Source: Lama guanicoe (Eukaryota). From it: 64,000 nt of DNA. The stretch is from positions 131,063-195,062 of the forward strand of contig MU053557.1 of assembly GCA_013239625.1 (NCBI GenBank), in the 5' to 3' direction. How positions within the stretch are numbered: position 1 is the first letter of the stretch; every line of letters begins with the position of its first letter. Below, piece by piece: positions 12,116 through 24,655 of the stretch. Both the position numbers and the translations under genes were made by a program. Under the pieces are notes generated by a model. The model was not told where the DNA came from. It saw nothing but the letters and a program-made list of their open reading frames with translations, and did not search any database.

Positions 12116-13169
12116 TAGTGTTGTCATTACTGTCACTTGCGCCGGGGGGGGGAAGAGGCAGGCACACAGAGAGGACTTCACTTCGTTTCACCGCTGCCCT
12201 TCTTCTTGCCTTTCTCTTCCTGCCACCAACTCTGATGACTTCTCCAGCACCCACCCCGCAACCTGCAAAATCCCAGAAAGGATTCCAAACCCCTTTATCT
12301 TGCTTCCCTCCTCTTATTTCCCTGCTAGAGACAGGAGGTAGGAGGGAGAGGGGTCAGGGCCAGAGCATTTTGCTTCTAAGACACACAGATGTGAATCCCT
12401 GCTCCCAACTGCCCTGAGGGCCTTGAGTTCACCGGAGCAAGCAGAGACCTCATAGAGTCAAATTAACCAGGGTCATGGAGGCAGAGGAGATGAAAGCTCT
12501 GTGGCGGGAAACTCGGACCGGATTCAGTCCGTCCTAATGTCACTCACCAAGTCAGAAATTATTAGAGGAGCAAAGTTACTGCTTTCCTACTTTCTGCCTG
12601 GAGTTCTGGTTTCCTATTCTTGCCCTGGGAAGGCGAGGCAATGGCGATTCTATGATAATAACACCTCTGAACAGGGCTCCTTTGGAGGGTGGAGAGTCTC
12701 CCTTCTCTGAGATCACAGGATGGTGCAACCAATCCGTCCACTCAAAACACTGTTTCTGTCCTTCGTTGCTGCAGCTCAGCTTGAATTTGTGTTTGTGACA
12801 TGTGCGCCCACCCAGTTACTAGGAAAGATCACATCTCCCGTAATTGCCACGCATCCATCATGGCTCCACAGAGTCTTGTCTGGGCTCCGGCACCAAGGGT
12901 GATTCTTTTGGTTAAAGAGGAAAATCCAAATTCTTTGGCAGACATACAAGGCGCTTCTGGCCCAGGTGTCCTCTCCAGGGTCCCCTTCTGGAAGGTGACA
13001 ACACAGGAAGATTCACTCTGACACACATTGCACCCCAGGCCTCCTCTGCTGTGTGGTTTTGAGGTGGTGCTGTTCCCCCTGCCCAGAACGCCTGTCTTCC
13101 TCCTCCCCACCTCTGGGCACCGTCCCCATCCCGGACCTCGGGAGCATTACAAGCCCTGATTCATCATCT

Positions 13170-13795
13170 CTTTTCCAGCTCCCTCCGTGCCCTCGTGTAC
13201 TTGACGTCTTGGCAGCACTCAACTCCATTGACCTCTCTGGTCCCCTTCTCTCTGTGATCCTCACCCCACTCCTCTGCCTCCTTTGTGAATCCATCCTTTC
13301 CTATCCAGCGTTTACCCAGCCATGGCCCCAGGCTCTCTCTTCTCATTTCTCACCTGTGTGCAGATGACTCACAAGCTCATATCTCCATCCTAGATACTTC
13401 CTCTGAGCTCTAAACTCTTATCACCAACTCTCAGACTCTCAATCATATCTCACCCCCAGTACAGCCAGGACAAATTCATGGTCTTCCCCCCTGCTCCCCA
13501 CTTCCTCTGCTGTCAGCCTTGACCCTCCCAGGGTTCCGTCTCTCACTGAACAGCACTTCCATCCATCTGGGTACACAAGCCAGAGCTCCGGGGGTCATCC
13601 TGGGCCCTCTTGTTACAGACACACATTGATGCCGTCTCCTGCCATCTTTGTTCTCCGTGCACGTGTGACCTCTCTCTCCACGAAGATTGTGAGATCCTGG
13701 AGACTAGAGACTCGTCTCTTCCACACCACGCTGGGTCCCGGCTCCAGCACACTGTCACTTTCCCAGCAGGCACTCAGAACGTGTTTACTGAACAC
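13170..13795 (+). mobile_element. L2 fragment
   Basis: cagatgactcacaagctcatatctcc...gcaggcactcagaacgtgtttactgaa. Confidence 0.6.
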
Positions 13796-14429
13796 TTAAG
13801 CAGCCATAAAGCAATCTATGATGTGCAAACAAGGTAGATATTCAGAGGGTAAAAGAGGAGTGCTCTTTGATTCTTTAGTGCTGCCTGATACCAGATGCCT
13901 GACTTGAGTAAACAAAAAGAATTTTATGGGTTTTTTTCCTGCTTTTAAATCTGTGACTCTAGGAGAATGTGTGTTTTTGAAACCGGGAGAGCAACTGATT
14001 CCAAACTTCATGCGACTGAGTTTTCAAGTGCATGTATGGTAATAGAAAGAGTGGATTCAGAACAGTAATTCTGCTCCTTATAGAGTAGTGCCCGGACAGG
14101 AAGCAAATATTTCTTCATCTTTTTTTCAAGCGTTGTGGTGTAACACATGAGGTCATCTGCATGAAATGAAAGGTTGAATCCATTCTGTCATAATGTGAGG
14201 GCTTATGTAAATTGAAAAGGCGATAAGGGAAATGATTTACGAAACTAACCATAGGCGTGAGAAGAGGTCAAACTGATGGCAGTTGGTAAGCAATTGCAGG
14301 CATTTTCATAGGCAATCATCAGACGGTAGATATGAATTTTACACATAACTATGAGGGATTTTTTAAAAAGTGGGATCTAGAGTTTACTAAAATGATACAT
14401 TGCATTTTATTAAATTCCAGGGAACAGAG

Positions 14430-14650
14430 AGAGAACTTATTTGTCCAACTCCTCATCTAACGCTCTATTCCTTATACAGTGGGCTTGCTCTGTAGTTAAT
14501 CAGGCTGTACTTGAATGCCTCCAGTGATGGGGTATTCACTACTCTGTCTTTGAGCACATCTGATCATTAGAAAGTTTTTTGTTACGTTTGAGCCTGAGTC
14601 TTTCCATGTAGCTTTCACCTGTCTGTACTGACTCTTCAATTTAAAGCGAT
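14430..14650 (-). mobile_element. CR1/L3-like fragment
   Basis: cagtgatggggtattcactac...ttagaaagttttttgttacgtttgagc. Confidence 0.4.
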
Positions 14651-14984
14651 ACAGAGTAAATTTGAGGACTTGTCCACACGAAGACTGAAGAGGACAACGC
14701 TCAGATTCCTCAGAATTGTGTTTACTGGTTGTTCATTCATTCAACAGACCTCTCTGTGCCAGATACACTTAAAGAACTGTAAAGACGTAAGAATATCTCC
14801 AGGGCAAGGAGCTGTATCTGCAATGCATCCACAGTGGCTGGCACACATTAGGCGTTCAGAAGATACTAACTGAATGAATGGTGGAAACCAGGACTCAACT
14901 AGAGATACTCATGGTCTGGTTGGGGGAGTCAGACGTAGAGAAATACGAATGATGAGGAGAAGGTAACAAATGCGTGGGAAAATG

Positions 14985-15760
14985 ATATTAACAAGAAACT
15001 GAAGGAAGAAGAGAGCCAAATGGCCAATTAAACATCTGACATAATGCTCAACCTCACTAGTAGTGAGGGAAATTAAAATGACAACATACCATTTCATATT
15101 CTTGAGAGTGGAATAACCCGAGAAGTCTGCTAATACCAAGAGTTGGTGAGAATGTGGAACGGTTAGAACTGTAATAGCCTGTGCTGGATGGCTAATTGAT
15201 GGACCAGTTTGGAGACTCATTCGGAAGTATTTTACATGATTAAAAGTACAGAAACTTTGACACAGCAGTTGCATCTCTGGTATACCTTAGACAAATAATT
15301 CCATGTATGCAGAAAGAGGCGTGTACTAGAAATGCAGTGCAGCATTCTTATAGCAGCAAAGAATTATGAATAATCTAAACATCTATCCATGAAAGGCTGG
15401 GCAAGCTGTGCTATAGTCACCAAAGTAATACTTTTCACTTCATCGCTGTGAAATTGAATGAGCTAGATCACATGTATAAATAAGAATAATTCTCAAAAAT
15501 CATAATTAGTTTAAAAAACCATGTCAAAGAGGGCTAGGTTAGAGTATTGGCACATATTTTAAAACCCCAAGCAAGATTATGTAAATAACCATATAAAGTG
15601 GAAATATGTGTGGGAATAGTAGATTCTGAATTCAGGACAGTGGTTAGTTATGAGGTCAGGGTAAGGAAATGAAACTGAAATGTATGGAGGAGGCTTCAAT
15701 TGGATTTGTGATGTTTCTGTTTTTCTTTTAGCTGGGTATGCTCGCTTGGGTGCACGTTAC
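14985..15760 (+). mobile_element. Ancient L1ME-type ORF2 end and 3' UTR
   Basis: aaatggccaattaaacat...atgctcaacctcactagtagtgagggaaat...ccaagagttggtgagaatgtggaac. Confidence 0.75.
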
Positions 15761-15938
15761 AAACACTTTTTACAGTAATGAAACTTTTGCAGCTATGTTT
15801 CTACCTTAGCCAGAGCACATTGGGTCAGGGTAGATGCCCGTCTAAGCTAGACCAATCAGATTCTCTCTTTCATATGTATCTGAAATATTTCTCTTCCCCC
15901 CCTCCCCCCAAGAAAAAAAGAGGGAGATAATGGCAACT

Positions 15939-16403
15939 GTGGCAGATAGTGGTGTTTGGCTGAAATACAGCTATTAAAGATCTCATTCTTCCTTGCCACC
16001 TTCTACCCAATACCTTCCCAGCCTCTCTGGCATTAATTAAAGGTGACCATGAGACACAATTCTAATGAGTGAGATATAAGCCAACGTCTTCTTAGTGTCC
16101 TCTCAAAGAAAGCTTTTGCTTTTCTGATAATATGGTCAGCTCAAGCTAGTGGTCCTTCTTCGCCTCCTTTTCCTGCTTTGAACATGGATGAGATGTCTGG
16201 AGCTCTGACAGACATCTTGCAACCATGAGGAAAGGTCGAGTGAATCACAGGGAAGCCAGCCTTAACATCTCTGGGCCAATGACCCAGTGCCACAAATGAC
16301 CTGTCTCTAGACGCTTTGACATGTAAAAATAAATAAATACATTTCTGACTGTTTAAGACCCTGTAGATTGGAGGGTTTTGTTTTTAAGCCTTTCTAACTG
16401 ATA
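15939..16403 (+). mobile_element. MaLR LTR (MLT1J-like solo LTR)
   Basis: Starts tgtggcag; ttcccagcctc...gaccatgagac; gatgtctggagct...catcttgcaaccatgagg; AATAAA; ends ctaactgata. Confidence 0.7.
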
Positions 16404-16499
16404 TGAAGGTATGCTATAAAGAAGTATTACTAAATTCCACAATATCCTATTTCAGTTTACCAATATATCTTTTAGTGAAGTACCTCTTCTCCAGGGGGA

Positions 16500-16700
16500 T
16501 TAGATTTTTATCCAGTAGAAGATAGTTGTCACCACTCTCATTTTAATGTATATTTTTGTATTATTATGACCCAAGGTCAAGCTTGCTTTCTTGGCAACCT
16601 CATAAATCTTGGGATTCATCTTAAACTCACTGTCCATGCAGGTCCCAACATCCCTCACTAGCAGTTTAAGGTTTACAGAGCAGTGATTCTTACAGTAGGA
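16500..16700 (-). mobile_element. CR1/L3-like fragment
   Basis: cccaaggtcaagcttgctttcttggcaacctc...cactgtcc. Confidence 0.35.
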
Positions 16701-17759
16701 GGTACAATCTATTTTACTGATAAGCAGAGGGTCATAGAGGTGCAATTACTTTCCCTGAGGTCATACAAGTCATAGAATTCCTTTAATCCTTCTTTCCTCT
16801 GAGAACATCTCTTCAGTCTGCTCGGATGGGCCTCCAAGCACCCATACTTGCATTCTTGGTCCTAGCTGTTTGGCTCAGAGACAGATACCTGACTGAAGCT
16901 GGACTATTTATGTGATCTCTTTGGAATGCTTTTAGGATTAGGAACTGGCTCTGATCATGCGGAATTCACTGCAATGAATATGAATTCAGACTCAAAGGCC
17001 AAATATTATTTCAGGATTATGTTAATCTTATAGAGCTGGCATGCATATGTAGTCAGAGATGGGAATGGAAAATGCCTCCTGCAGAAATCAGTGTACCTCT
17101 CTTATACCATGATCACACCTTACCTGACTCAGTCCTGGTGAGCATCACTCTGGCCAGATACCCCTGCAGTCTAGGTACTCCATGCCTGTATTTCTGTCTC
17201 CTGCTTCTGACTATCCACATTCAACCTAACATTTTTCTTCCTTTCTCCCTTGAAGCAACTGTGTGCTACCACATCTCTTCTGAAGGAGGAAGACATGAAA
17301 ATATTCTTTCCTAATAGACACTCATTCTGCCTATGTGTCTACATGTAGTTTTAGCTACAAAAAGAAGGCAATGGGATGAAACACTCTTAATTCCAAGGTA
17401 GGGAGAGATTTAGCCAACAAATTCCAAGTTTTTAGGGATTGATTATATTTTTCCTCCTGTGGTTATTAGGGGCTTTAAGGCAGTTTTCACAAAAGGCAGA
17501 ATTGAAGCATTAGAGGGAGAGAGATTTCAGGCCCTTTCTGACAAGGGGACAGCACTCAGGGGCTGGCCTTCTCTGCATGTGCACGAGATTAGCACTGAGC
17601 ATAAACCAAAAATTTATGCAATAGCTTGGGTGGATCTTGTACTTTCATTCCTGAAGAGTGCGATGAACCTTTTCTTCTGAGAAAGCCAACATTTGAATGA
17701 CATGTTTTAGATCACAAGAGCCCTCAGGTTTCAATTTTAATTAGCTTTCACAACCAGAC

Positions 17760-17869
17760 ATTTTCTTTCGTTTCCTTCTGTTTTCTTTCTCCTTTCCTTT
17801 CAACTTTCTTTCTCTTTCTTCCTTCCTTCCTTTTCTTCCTTCCTTCCTTCCTTTTCTTCCTTCCTTCCT

Positions 17870-17901
<32 letters not shown>

Positions 17902-17904
17902 TTC

Positions 17905-17943
<39 letters not shown>

Positions 17944-18045
17944 TTTTCTTCCTTCCTTCCTTTCCTTCTTCCTTCCTTCCTTTCCTTCCTTCCTTCCTTC
18001 CTTTCCTTCCTTCCTCCATCCCTCCCTCCCTCTCTCTCTCTCTTT
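17760..18045. repeat. Compound (TTCC)n/(TTTC)n/(CT)n polypyrimidine tract
   Basis: Directly visible, about 285 bp and almost purely C/T. Confidence 0.97.
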
Positions 18046-19554
18046 CGAATAATGACTGTTTTTCATCTCTAGAATAGTCTTTAGGAAAAACAAAATAGTT
18101 AAGGTTATTTCCATAAAGACCCTTGTTTGTGGCAACAGACCCCATTGATAATTAAACCCAATCAGAGAGATGGGTATGGAACTCAGCTAACATCTTGTTT
18201 CTCTGCGGGAAACATTTAAGTATCTCCCATATTGCTGACTGTCACTTGGGACTAAGAAAATGTGAGAATGTAAGGGGAAGATAGAAGAGACTTCTTGGAA
18301 GGAAATAAAACAGCCCATGAGGTCAGGATGATCATGCAGGGAGTCCCTGAGCAGAGCTTTATAGAAAATACAGAGTGAGGCAATTAATCCCGTCCAATTC
18401 CACACAAACAGTAGCAACAGGAAGTATGCCAACAGCGATGATTAAGAATTAAACACAGACTGGGAACTTAATCAGAAGTTTCAAGATTTTGTTGCCAGCC
18501 AGCACCTGGAATTTCTCTATCATCACCTCCTTGATTATGAAAGGTGGGGGTCCTTCTCTGGGATCCCACCCTTTAGTCCACTTACCGTTCAAGGGAAAGT
18601 TAGGGAAGACAAGGATTCTGTCTCCACCAACTCCTAAGAGGGAACCCAGCCAAGAGCGGCAGGAAGACGCATGCTCACTTCCAGCCTTTTTGGCAAGCTT
18701 GAGTGGGAGCAAAAGCCATTGCCAATTCTATTTTTTAATACAGAGTTAAAAAGAGTGGTGTCCACACATGCAAAGGGAAGTGCACGGGGAGCTGTGTTAA
18801 ACAGCGCAACAATTTTTTTTAATTAAAAAAAAAAAAGGCTGAAAACTTTGCCTGACTATCCAGGTATTTGTTTTCCACGTGCAGATGTGAACTGGGGTGA
18901 GAGACTGAGCGCAGCATTGTCTTATGTGGGGTCCCCAGCTGCACTGTTCTCACCCGACCCTTCCCAGGCTGGACCAGATGCCAGCCCTGGGGCTTCTCAG
19001 CCTGAACCTAGGAGAGAGGAGCTCTCTTTCCTTCAGGAGCTGGAGTTGAATTCCTCGCCCTGGGGGACGCTGATCTGAGTGGCGCTTTGGTACTTTGAGT
19101 TGGAGAGCCATCGAGACAGAGGAAGAGAATGAGACGGAGGGGACACACAAGCCCCAGTTCTCTGTCCTCTAGTCCCTGCTGTTTCCCACAGCCTGTTCCC
19201 CAACAGTGTTTAAAAAGTCATTTTGACATTTTCCACGAAGGTTTGTGCTCAAAAGATCATATAGAGAAACATGTATTTATTTAGTTTGTCCTAAATTTAC
19301 CAGCCTTTTTATATTCTAAGTCTTCTTAACTGAAAAAATGAAAAAGTATCCTGGTTTGATGGCATCACAAATCGTGTTGCAGTAAGTGTCCTCATCCCTA
19401 TGCCTTCATGCACTTGTTCCAGTTTCAGCCAAGCTCTTGATGGTCGAAGGGGGTTTGTGCCTCTTTTCAGGGGCCCCCAATGCCCAGCCATGCCCGACGA
19501 GTAACGAACACATGGCTTGTGTCTAACCAGAGGCAGCACGGCACCGCAGCTGGA

Positions 19555-19870
19555 GCGCCGGGCCAGCTCTGCAACTCACGGCCCGTGTGAACTTGGGCAA
19601 GTTATTCAGCCTTTCCAAACCAGAGTTTGACATCTACTAAATGGAAAAGCAATAATAACACTTTGAAGTAGCCATGTGCCAGCTACTGTGTTAGGTGCTA
19701 CACTCATTTACTTCCCAAACAACCTTGTGACGTAGGTACTATGAGTCTCTCCTTTTACAGATGAGAGAACTAGGCACAGGGAGGTTACACACTTTGTCCA
19801 AGGTCACACAGCTTGTAAGTAATGGGACCAGGTTTATCCCCAGGAAGTCTGGATCTAGAACCCATCTTTG
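19555..19870. mobile_element. Two MIR fragments in opposite orientation
   Basis: gtgaacttgggcaagttattcagcct (+), then ttttacagatgagagaac...gtccaaggtcacacagc (-). Confidence 0.75.
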
Positions 19871-20429
19871 AAACATATCCTTAGGACTTGCCAAGAGGCA
19901 TGCTGCATATGATGATGAGAATGGATAATGAGAAGATGGGTAGATAAGTAGGTAGATGGGTAATAGATGGAGAGAGAGAGAGAGAATTTAGCATGGCGTG
20001 TGGCCCTCAGTGGATTCACGTAGCCCACCCATAGCAGAGCTATGATGACAACCCTTCCTCCTGCAGTGCCCATCCTTTAAGACTGGACAAGCTGGCCTGA
20101 TGAATTTCCTTGATTTCATTTCCGTGAAGAGGAAGTCTGGGAATTGAGAAGCATGTGACTCTGGAGATTTGTTAAATCTTTTAGCCCAGAAATCAACAGA
20201 ATCACAGGAATATGTATATTTCTTAGACTGGGAAGTAAATGGCACTGATTAAGGAAGTTGTAAAGACAATGAAAATTAACCTTTCATCTGAGGGAGCCAA
20301 AAGAGAGGGGTGGAGCTGGTCGCAGAACATGACCTCGCTAGGAACGAAGGACTGCCATCGGGCCAGACCACCTGGGGAAGGAGTGATATTCCAGGAGGGG
20401 TGGGAGAGGTCCCTAAAGGGTGAGGCTGG

Positions 20430-20830
20430 TTGTTCCAGTTTAAGTGCTTTACATGTATCATCTCCTTTAATCCTCACAACAGCTGTCCGAGGTAAACAGC
20501 ATTAGTGTCCCTGTTTGACCAATGAGGAAACGGAGGCACAAAGAGGTGATGCGACTTGCCCAGGAGTCCGTGCTCTTGCCCATCACAGCCTGAAGAGGAG
20601 GTACAAGTGTGTCCCACAGAGAGCACAGGCCAGATGTCAGAGATGGGGGGTGTGCCCATGTGGGTGCCCTTGGGCCACATCCTTCGTAGCTCCAAGCCTC
20701 TGAGTTCTCCTCTGTAAAATGGGCAGAGGCATGGTATCTCACTTACAGGTAGAGTGGTAGATAAGGCAATTCATACAGAACACTGAGCACAGTGGTTGGT
20801 ATGTGGCTAGCACTTGAGAAGTACATTAAG
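20430..20830. mobile_element. MIR fragments
   Basis: ttaatcctcacaacagc...aatgaggaaacggaggcaca (-); ctcctctgtaaaatgggc...gagcacagtgg (+). Confidence 0.65.
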
Positions 20831-21669
20831 AACCAGAATATACAGATTTCTTTGTTTTCTTTTTTTTTAAACTAGTATCAAAAATCACGATGTTACGATT
20901 CAGCCTTTTACATCTAAATTGTAACTATTTTATACTGTAATGAATATCAAAGTGTCTCTTGATTAGGAAGTGGAATAAATATAGCATGGACCATATGTCA
21001 CTAGTTCAAATGAAGCCAAGACCACTGTTACGGATCGACTATTTTTACCAGTGGCTTGCTGGACTCCATGTGGCTTGAGAATTGTCCTCTGCAGGACTGC
21101 ACTCAGCCACAGAATGAGGGTCCAACTCTAATTTCTAAATTATCACAAAACTGAGAGATCTAACGAAAGTTCTACAAATCGTCACCCTAGCCAATAGAAT
21201 AAACCCTTGCTTGGCCTTCCCAGATGGAACAGCTTGTCCTAGGGGTAAGAAGTCTGAGTCACAGATTTTTTTTCTTAAAGACAAATAGTGTTTCATCATA
21301 ATATGATGATAACAGTTACTGTTTCTGAGCCCTATGACTCTGCCTGGGCCATGTGTCTGAGACACACCAGCTCATCAGTTTATTTAGTCCTCTCAACAGT
21401 CCTGTGAGGTCGAGGCTGGGAGTTGTTCTTCTTAATGAAGGAGGAAACTGAGGGTCTCAGAGAGAAGTGACTTCCTGGAGGGATCAGCTTCTCTGTTATC
21501 CTCTTTCTCCCAGACCTCGTTATAACAGGTATATGTATTGTGAAGTCCCCGTACGTAGCTGGAATGCAACAGCCAAAAGAGCCCTATCATGGATTATTTA
21601 AAAATTATTCTCCAGCACACAAGTTTCCTCTTTATGTTTTCAGTTGAAAAGGATCATTTTTTGCTAGGT

Positions 21670-22249
21670 TCCAGTATGGAGATTCCTCAAAAGACTGAAA
21701 ATAGACTTACCCTAGGATCTAGCAATTCCATTCCTGGGCATATATCCAGAGGGAACTCTAATTCGAAAAGATACATGCACCCCAATGTTCATAGCAGCAC
21801 TGTTTACAATAGCCAAGACATGGAAACAACCTAAATATCGATTGACAGATGACTGGATAAAGAAACTGTGGTATATTTAAACAATGGAATACTACTCAGC
21901 CATAAAAAATAATAAAATAATACCATTTGCAGAAACATGGATGGACCTAGAGATCATCATACTAAGTGAAGTCAGCCAGAAAGAGAAAGAAAAATACCAT
22001 ATGATATCACTTTTATGTGGAATCTAAAAAAAAAAGACACAAATGAACTTACCTACAAAACAGAAACAGACTCAGAGATATACCGAACAAACTTATGGTT
22101 ACTAGGGGGTAAAAGGGGTGGGAAGGGATAAATGGGGAATTTGAAATTTGCACCTCTTGCAGAGTGATGGAAATGTTAGCTATCTTGATTGTGGTGGTGG
22201 TTTCATTGGTGTACACATCTATCAGAATTCAAGAAATTGTGTATCGAAA
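21670..22249 (+). mobile_element. Camelid L1 3' part with chimeric ancient-type tail (copy A)
   Basis: ORF2 C-terminal DNA (atacatgcaccccaatgttcatagcagcac); tail gagtgatggaaatgttagctatcttgattgtgg. Confidence 0.9.
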
Positions 22250-22626
22250 ACCACAAAGTTCTTCCCCAAGGAAGGGTGCAAACGGCCTATGCCCCAAAAC
22301 TGTGGTCTAAGACTGAGAGCATCTGAATCGTAAACCTGACTCCAGATTGCGTCCGTGGTGGCTGTGGCCGTGACTGGGGGGGGCTGAGCCTTCACCTCGT
22401 GGAGCCTCACAGGTTGATGCACAGACCTGCTGGTTGAGGCACTCACCCCCAGCTTCAGGGCTACTACTAGGAATATGGAATTAATTTGAGCACAGAGCAG
22501 ATCTACTCCTTGGAATAGCGGCCGTGCATCCAGATGGGGAGGGACTGGCAAATCACACTGGCCAAGGAGGAGGAGAATATCCTCTTCCATCCCTAGTATT
22601 TTATATAGATGAGGTCCACTTAGAAT

Positions 22627-22706
22627 TCTTTTCTTTTCTTTCGTTTTCTTTCTTTTTTTCTTTCCTTCCTCCCCCCTTTCTCTTTCTTTCTTTTTTCCTT
22701 TTCTCT
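22627..22706. repeat. CT-rich low-complexity tract
   Basis: Directly visible. Confidence 0.85.
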
Positions 22707-24489
22707 CACTCATCCAGACTCAAAGTTACATCTGTGAGAGTGTGCATAGTAACGAACTACAGGGTAGCAGCTCTCACTTTGCACAATAGCACAAGATCAT
22801 AAAAATTACCCTGCAAACTGAAACTTGCAAAGTGATCATCATAACCAACGGGAAAAGTATGATTGTTCCATGACATTTAAAAACTCTCTTACTGTCAATT
22901 ATAAATGTGCAGGGAAATGAAAAAAAAATAGTACAACTATTGTTTATCAAATGATTCATAATTTAAAACATGAGAAACACTGGGAATTAGTGTAAAAAAA
23001 CTTATCGAGAGTCATTGGAACAGTGCTTGCCTTCTCTTTTGAACATATAACAATACAGCAAGCATCCTTTCCTCGTCTCAGCACAGCATCATACTCCTTC
23101 TTAAACCTGGATCAGCATCTAACATTTTATCCTTTGCTCTTTCTACATCAACGTGAAGTATCTCTGAGAATTCCTTTAATGTGAAACGGCTTGCCAGGAC
23201 CACTTCTCCAGGGCATCATCATCCTTCTTGCCATGGCCACTTTGCTCATTTACGTCAATCAATTTGCCTTCACCAAGTTCCTCTGGCTGCATGTCTAGAG
23301 TATACCCAATGGGAAAGATGTCAACGTTCCACCATCAGCTATTTCTTCTTTAACCCCAGACATTTAATTTGAATGTGACACCCAAGGTAATCTTTCATTT
23401 CTTTGCCGCAGTTTACTCTCTTCTGGCTAACTCCCTCTTTCGATGATCCATATTCATAAAATGTCACATGGGTTTATTGCTGGGAGACAAGGAGGCAACA
23501 TAAATACTGTCTTTGCTGTCCTTGCGTGAACTGAATGACAAACACGCAGCGACCACTCACCAGTGAAGAAGTGACACAATTTGTGACTGGTCATAACGTG
23601 GATCTGTTCTTCATGAAGTGATTTGTGGACTGAAAAGCCAGCACTGAAGTTTATACTGTATACCATTACTCACAGTTCATGCACCGTGGTAACTGGAGTT
23701 TGAGCCGTGTCGTTGGAGGACGGATGTTATAGGACTAAGTTGTGGAAGTGAAGTTCCTGCACAACAGAACTATGGGAAGCGAGGACAGCCCACACAATGG
23801 GGATAACTAGAGAATGTCACAGGGAGACGCGTAGCAGAGATTCCCACCCAGCCTGTGGGGGCAGAGAAGGTTTCTTGGAAAAGGTGACATGCAAGCTGCA
23901 AGTTGATAAATGCACAGAAATGAGTCTGAAGGACGAATGTAGGGAAGATGGTTTCAGGCAGAGATTAGCATGTGTACATAGCCCCAAATGTAAGAAATGG
24001 CACAGGGTGTTGGGTGGCAGCCTCGGTTGTTTCAGGCTGATGGAGGGTGATAATCTCATTCCATTACCTTAGCTGCAGGCTGTTGCTCCTGGTTACCAGG
24101 CAACATTGGCTGCTGTGACTGAAAACCTCAAACACTCTGTTTTGGGACGGTCACCCGAACAGGTGCTGAAGAACGGTCTACTGCTTCCTCCAGACCAAGA
24201 GACCCACCTCTGGCAGCTGGGAAAGTCATCAGGAAAATGGAACCAAATCAAACAAAATGAATTTAGACTCCGGTTGGTATACATGACATAGGAAGCACCA
24301 ATGATTCACATGCAAATGCCCTATGTACAGGTTGCTATAAAGCAGAGAGAAAATCCCCTTCACCAGTCACAATGCAAAATGTTGGTTGAAATGTTTAAAT
24401 GATAAACTGCATTTCTACTCAAGCTAAATACGGCATACAATGTCTTAACCTATTTGACGAAAATCTGAATGGTTTCAACCCAGGCCATG

Positions 24490-24655
24490 AGCTGAAAACG
24501 ATCTCATTTAATTTCCATCACACCCTTATGAAGTAGCAATTATCATTCCCATTTTACAGATGAGAAAACTAAGGTTAAGTCACCACAAGATCAGAGAGCT
24601 GGGATTCAAATGGAGGACTTAATCTAAAGCCTGCGCCTTTAGCTGATACACTATC
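24490..24655 (-). mobile_element. MIR
   Basis: attcccattttacagatgagaaaactaagg...gggattcaaa. Confidence 0.75.

Noticed and set aside
17741..18145. K/E/R-rich ORFs of 134 aa and 111 aa (also 22222..22713)
   Set aside because: Translations of purine-rich simple repeats with no gene structure.
18813..18832. 20-bp palindrome T8-AATT-A8
   Set aside because: Low-complexity homopolymer juxtaposition, expected by chance.
21611..22270. TSD around L1 copy A
   Set aside because: Only weak similarity (cacacaagtttcctc versus ccacaaagttcttc) and no poly(A), so not supportable.
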